DNA of 64,000 nt from an uncultured Spirochaetota bacterium (lineage in GTDB: Bacteria > Spirochaetota > B62-G9 > CAZFGQ01). The position numbers and the translations under genes are program-made. Positions 61,224 to 64,000 of this stretch are shown piece after piece. The notes below the pieces were generated by a model that did not search any database, was not told where the DNA came from, and worked only from the letters and a program-made list of their open reading frames with translations. The number at the start of each line of letters is the position of its first letter. Position 1 is the first letter of the stretch. The DNA lies in NCBI GenBank assembly GCA_964518675.1, contig CAZFGQ010000009.1, positions 1,903-65,902 of the forward strand. The letters run 5' to 3'.

Positions 61224-61565
61224 AAAAGTATACACTTCCTGTATAAAATCTTATACATTTCGGTAAACTCTGGTGTCCGACTGGGAGACATTGTCCTTTT
61301 TTTGAAAAATATGAATAATCTAATTTATTGTCAGTAAATGAATTAGAAGATAAAAAATCCAGGGAATATTCAATAGTTTTATCCGTCTTTTCCTAGATAA
61401 ATCCATTCATGGGCATGGATTGTGTAGCGGAAGCCATTGGGAAAAGTTAATCCAGATAAAAAGTGTATAAAAAATAATACGCCTGCTCGTATGGCAGGTT
61501 TGGATATTATTTTGTTCTTGTAATTCTTATTTTATAAAGAATTAAAAATCTTTAAAATTCTTTTT

Positions 61566-61618
61566 CGCTGGCATGGTTATTGCTCAAATAAAAGGGAGGT
61601 GTTGATACCATGCCAGCG
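61566..61618 (+). promoter_or_regulatory. 11-bp perfect inverted repeat (CGCTGGCATGG ... CCATGCCAGCG) enclosing the RBS in the loop and pairing over the start codon of the sigma factor gene
   Basis: The arms are exact reverse complements. The ATG at 61610 lies inside the 3' arm, and the SD AAGGGAGGTG is in the 31-nt loop. Confidence 0.45.
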
Positions 61619-62449
61619 AAAACTATTAAAGATAAATATTTATCTGCAAGAAACTTTTATCTGACAGATGTAAATAAAGATAAATTGCTTTCAGCCGAAG
61701 AGGAGAAATACCTCTCGATGAAGGCAAAAAGTGGAGATAGAGAAGCCAGGGATAAGCTTATAAACTCGAATCTCAGGCTTGTGATTAAAATAGCCAGGGG
61801 ATATGTTAATAATGAAATAGATTTTCTTGATCTTGTTCAGGAGGGTAATCTCGGGTTAATCAGGGCTGTGGATAAATTCGATTATACGAAAAATGTGAGA
61901 TTTTCAACTTACGCATCATTTTGGATCAAGCAGAGTATTGCAAGAGCCATTATTAGCAAATCGAGAGCCATTAAGCTGCCTCATAGGAAAGCAGAAAAAA
62001 TCAGGAAACTTGAGAAGGTCTTTCAACAAATATCTAAAGAAAATGGAAAGTTTCCTGAACTTCAAGATATAGTTGAAAAATCAAAACTTGATGAAAAAGA
62101 GGTAAAGAATCTTATGTCTTTACCAACAAGGGTGTGTTCAATTGAATCAAAGATTGATAATGACTCGCCCTCACTTATTCATTACATTGAGGATCCAAGG
62201 TACAGTCCAGATACCATACTTTTTAAGAATTTCCTGAAAAGTAAGGCAAAAGAAATGATGGAGATTTTAACGGAAAGAGAAAAGAAGGTACTGGCGTTGA
62301 GATATTCCTTTATTTCTGGAGAAAAACATACATTAAAAGATATAGCATCAAAGCTAAATGTTTCACCAGAAACCGTAAGGCAGATTGAGATAAAGGCTCT
62401 GAAAAAAATCAGGGAGCATTTTGGGCATTTGAAGGATTTCATGGAGTAA
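61610..62449 (+). CDS. RNA polymerase sigma factor, sigma-70 family (regions 2, 3 and 4; group 2/3, RpoS-like or FliA-like)
   Basis: Region 2 DLVQEGNLGLIRAVDKFDYTKNVRFSTYASFWIKQSIARAI; region 4 HTH TLKDIASKLNVSPETVRQIE; 279 aa; no region 1.1. Confidence 0.85.
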   Translation: MPAKTIKDKYLSARNFYLTDVNKDKLLSAEEEKYLSMKAKSGDREARDKLINSNLRLVIKIARGYVNNEIDFLDLVQEGNLGLIRAVDKFDYTKNVRFSTYASFWIKQSIARAIISKSRAIKLPHRKAEKIRKLEKVFQQISKENGKFPELQDIVEKSKLDEKEVKNLMSLPTRVCSIESKIDNDSPSLIHYIEDPRYSPDTILFKNFLKSKAKEMMEILTEREKKVLALRYSFISGEKHTLKDIASKLNVSPETVRQIEIKALKKIREHFGHLKDFME

Positions 62450-62658
62450 TTAAAAAGCTTTTAAAAGGAGATTATTTGATTCAGATATTAATCTTCACCA
62501 TAATGAATATTCTTTATAGAATTGTCATCAGATAAGTGGGTTAACTGGTTAAGCAGTCATTTATTTATTATAGCTATTTTATCTCGGAAACAATGGACTG
62601 TAAGTTATACTCTCATTGTTCTATGAACAAATCTTGGAAGAGTTAGAGTTTAATATAT

Positions 62659-63963
62659 TCAGTATCCTCTTGAGATGGCTCTATTCTGGTCTTTTTTGTA
62701 AAGTTCAGCGTAATAATAGCCCCTCGTCTTTAATTGATCTTTTAGAGTCTGTGGAAACGGGATGTATCGCCAGAATATGGCACGAACGTCTTTATGAAGT
62801 TTCTGCATTCCTTGGGATTCAAATATTATCCACTGAATATAATCCTGAATAAAACTTTCCTTTAAATCTCCTTTTAGCTTATTGGATTGGAAATAATCGT
62901 AATAGTGTCCGGTGAGTCCTTCCTCCATCCAGTAGTGCAGAGCCTTTTCTTTGGCAAGCTGCCATCTCATATCTCCCAGGGCATAGAGGATCGCTATCTT
63001 CAGGTTTTTTGGATACATTGGGAGCGCTATTCTTCCTTTGCCTGTTGCTTTATTCATTCTATCGAAAGGTTCCCAGCATATACCAAAATCTCCATAAGAG
63101 GGAACTATTAGAAAGTAGGGAAAAATCCTGTGATCTTCTTTCTTATACCTCCTGACAAAGACACCCGGATCTATTCGCTCTATTTCATCTAGTAGGATTT
63201 TTAGATTGTTTTTCGAACACAGATCTCTGGGAGATTTGGGCATATATGTCCTTAGGAGGAATGGGAAGTGATTACCCTGTCTTCCAACGGTCATTTTTAT
63301 CATCTGTCTTACAGTTGAAAACTCTTCTCTAACGACCTTTGTGTCTATCTGTTCGCTTAGATCCACCCCTGAGTTTTCAAGGGAATTGATTTCCTCTTTT
63401 AAATGTTCGATAGTTCGGTAAATGGTCTCAATTTCTTTATTAGATTTCTGAAGGGATCTTACTATATCCAGTAGCTGGGTTAGTGCTTTTTTCTGATCCT
63501 CTGTGTATGGTGTGATAAGATCCTCTCTCCCGGGTACTGGAAGGTGATTTGTAATAATATTCACACTGCTTTTCAGGCTTTTCTCCAGCAGCAGATGCTG
63601 TTCTATTTTGCTTTTAAGACTTGTATATTCAGCCTCAAGCGATCCCTTTTTCCTTTCAAGTTTTGATTTTATGACCGAAGGTGCTGATTTTTTCAACAGT
63701 TTAGTTTCGTCTATGGCACTTTGTTTGATTCTACCACTTCCTACCATCATTAACCACTCATCCACAAAGAATATATCGGGATCATCTCCTGAATTATTGT
63801 GGATCTGTTTCAGGAGTTCAATTTGAGAGGGTTCCAAAAAACTTGGGTTTAAAAGTCCATATCTGAAAAGAACCTTGAATTGATCTTTGGGCTTGTCGAA
63901 AAGAATATCTACGAGCGAGGTTAACATGTTCCAGTAGGCAGGGATGAGTTTTTCTCTGTACAT
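62659..63963 (-). CDS. Hypothetical protein (at least 434 aa), probably N-terminally truncated by the window edge
   Basis: Long ORF convergent with the sigma factor gene. The reading frame stays open upstream of the annotated ATG to the window end, and no RBS precedes that ATG. Confidence 0.55.
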   Translation of the reverse strand: MYREKLIPAYWNMLTSLVDILFDKPKDQFKVLFRYGLLNPSFLEPSQIELLKQIHNNSGDDPDIFFVDEWLMMVGSGRIKQSAIDETKLLKKSAPSVIKSKLERKKGSLEAEYTSLKSKIEQHLLLEKSLKSSVNIITNHLPVPGREDLITPYTEDQKKALTQLLDIVRSLQKSNKEIETIYRTIEHLKEEINSLENSGVDLSEQIDTKVVREEFSTVRQMIKMTVGRQGNHFPFLLRTYMPKSPRDLCSKNNLKILLDEIERIDPGVFVRRYKKEDHRIFPYFLIVPSYGDFGICWEPFDRMNKATGKGRIALPMYPKNLKIAILYALGDMRWQLAKEKALHYWMEEGLTGHYYDYFQSNKLKGDLKESFIQDYIQWIIFESQGMQKLHKDVRAIFWRYIPFPQTLKDQLKTRGYYYAELYKKDQNRAISRGY

Positions 63964-64000
63964 TGATTTTTCATCTCTATCAACCGCTTTGGAAAACTTC

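Overview
This 64 kb window reads as a chromosomal segment from a low-GC bacterium (my estimate from reading), with dense coding on both strands. Most of it is core or housekeeping, and several accessory-like pockets stand out.

Genes in order:
- a hybrid sensor histidine kinase with an adjacent SixA-like phosphohistidine phosphatase
- a Zn-dependent alcohol dehydrogenase
- a 1155-aa membrane sensor kinase-like protein whose phospho-acceptor His is missing
- a CPA-type cation/H+ antiporter with CBS domains
- a complete oppABCDF-type peptide ABC operon (minus strand) and a two-gene ABCB-type exporter pair
- pepD
- pspC-domain, CooT-like and His-rich TsaA/TrmO-like small genes
- a GH3 NagZ-like hydrolase, a GAF/HD-GYP c-di-GMP phosphodiesterase, transketolase, and a YfbR-like HD hydrolase
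- a late flagellar operon flgN-flgK-flgL-fliW-csrA
- asd, a nitroreductase, and a two-module AAA ATPase
- lysS, tsaD, a YibQ-type deacetylase, mfd, an M24 peptidase, argS, and a bifunctional-nuclease/UVR protein
- three tandem spirochete-type (MIINHN...) FlaB flagellin genes, followed by flaG, fliD and an unrecognised 336-aa helical protein where fliS is expected
- rho (with an N-terminal acidic extension), rpmE, a DUF1385 protein, a sigma-70 family sigma factor, and a 434-aa hypothetical running to the window edge.

I found no rRNA or complete tRNA, no CRISPR array, and no transposase, integrase or phage gene.

Features worth a second look:
- the His-less kinase
- a CooT plus His-rich TsaA-like pair that looks metal-related
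- a tRNA-T-arm-like hairpin flanked by a 19-bp direct repeat
- structured RNA elements in the flagellin leaders and spacers, including a sigma-28-like promoter, a 74-nt hairpin and an 18-bp palindrome
- an inverted repeat that sequesters the start codon of the sigma factor gene
- two unannotated small coiled-coil ORFs
- a GC-rich non-coding island downstream of lysS

Manually derived coordinates may be off by 1-2 nt.
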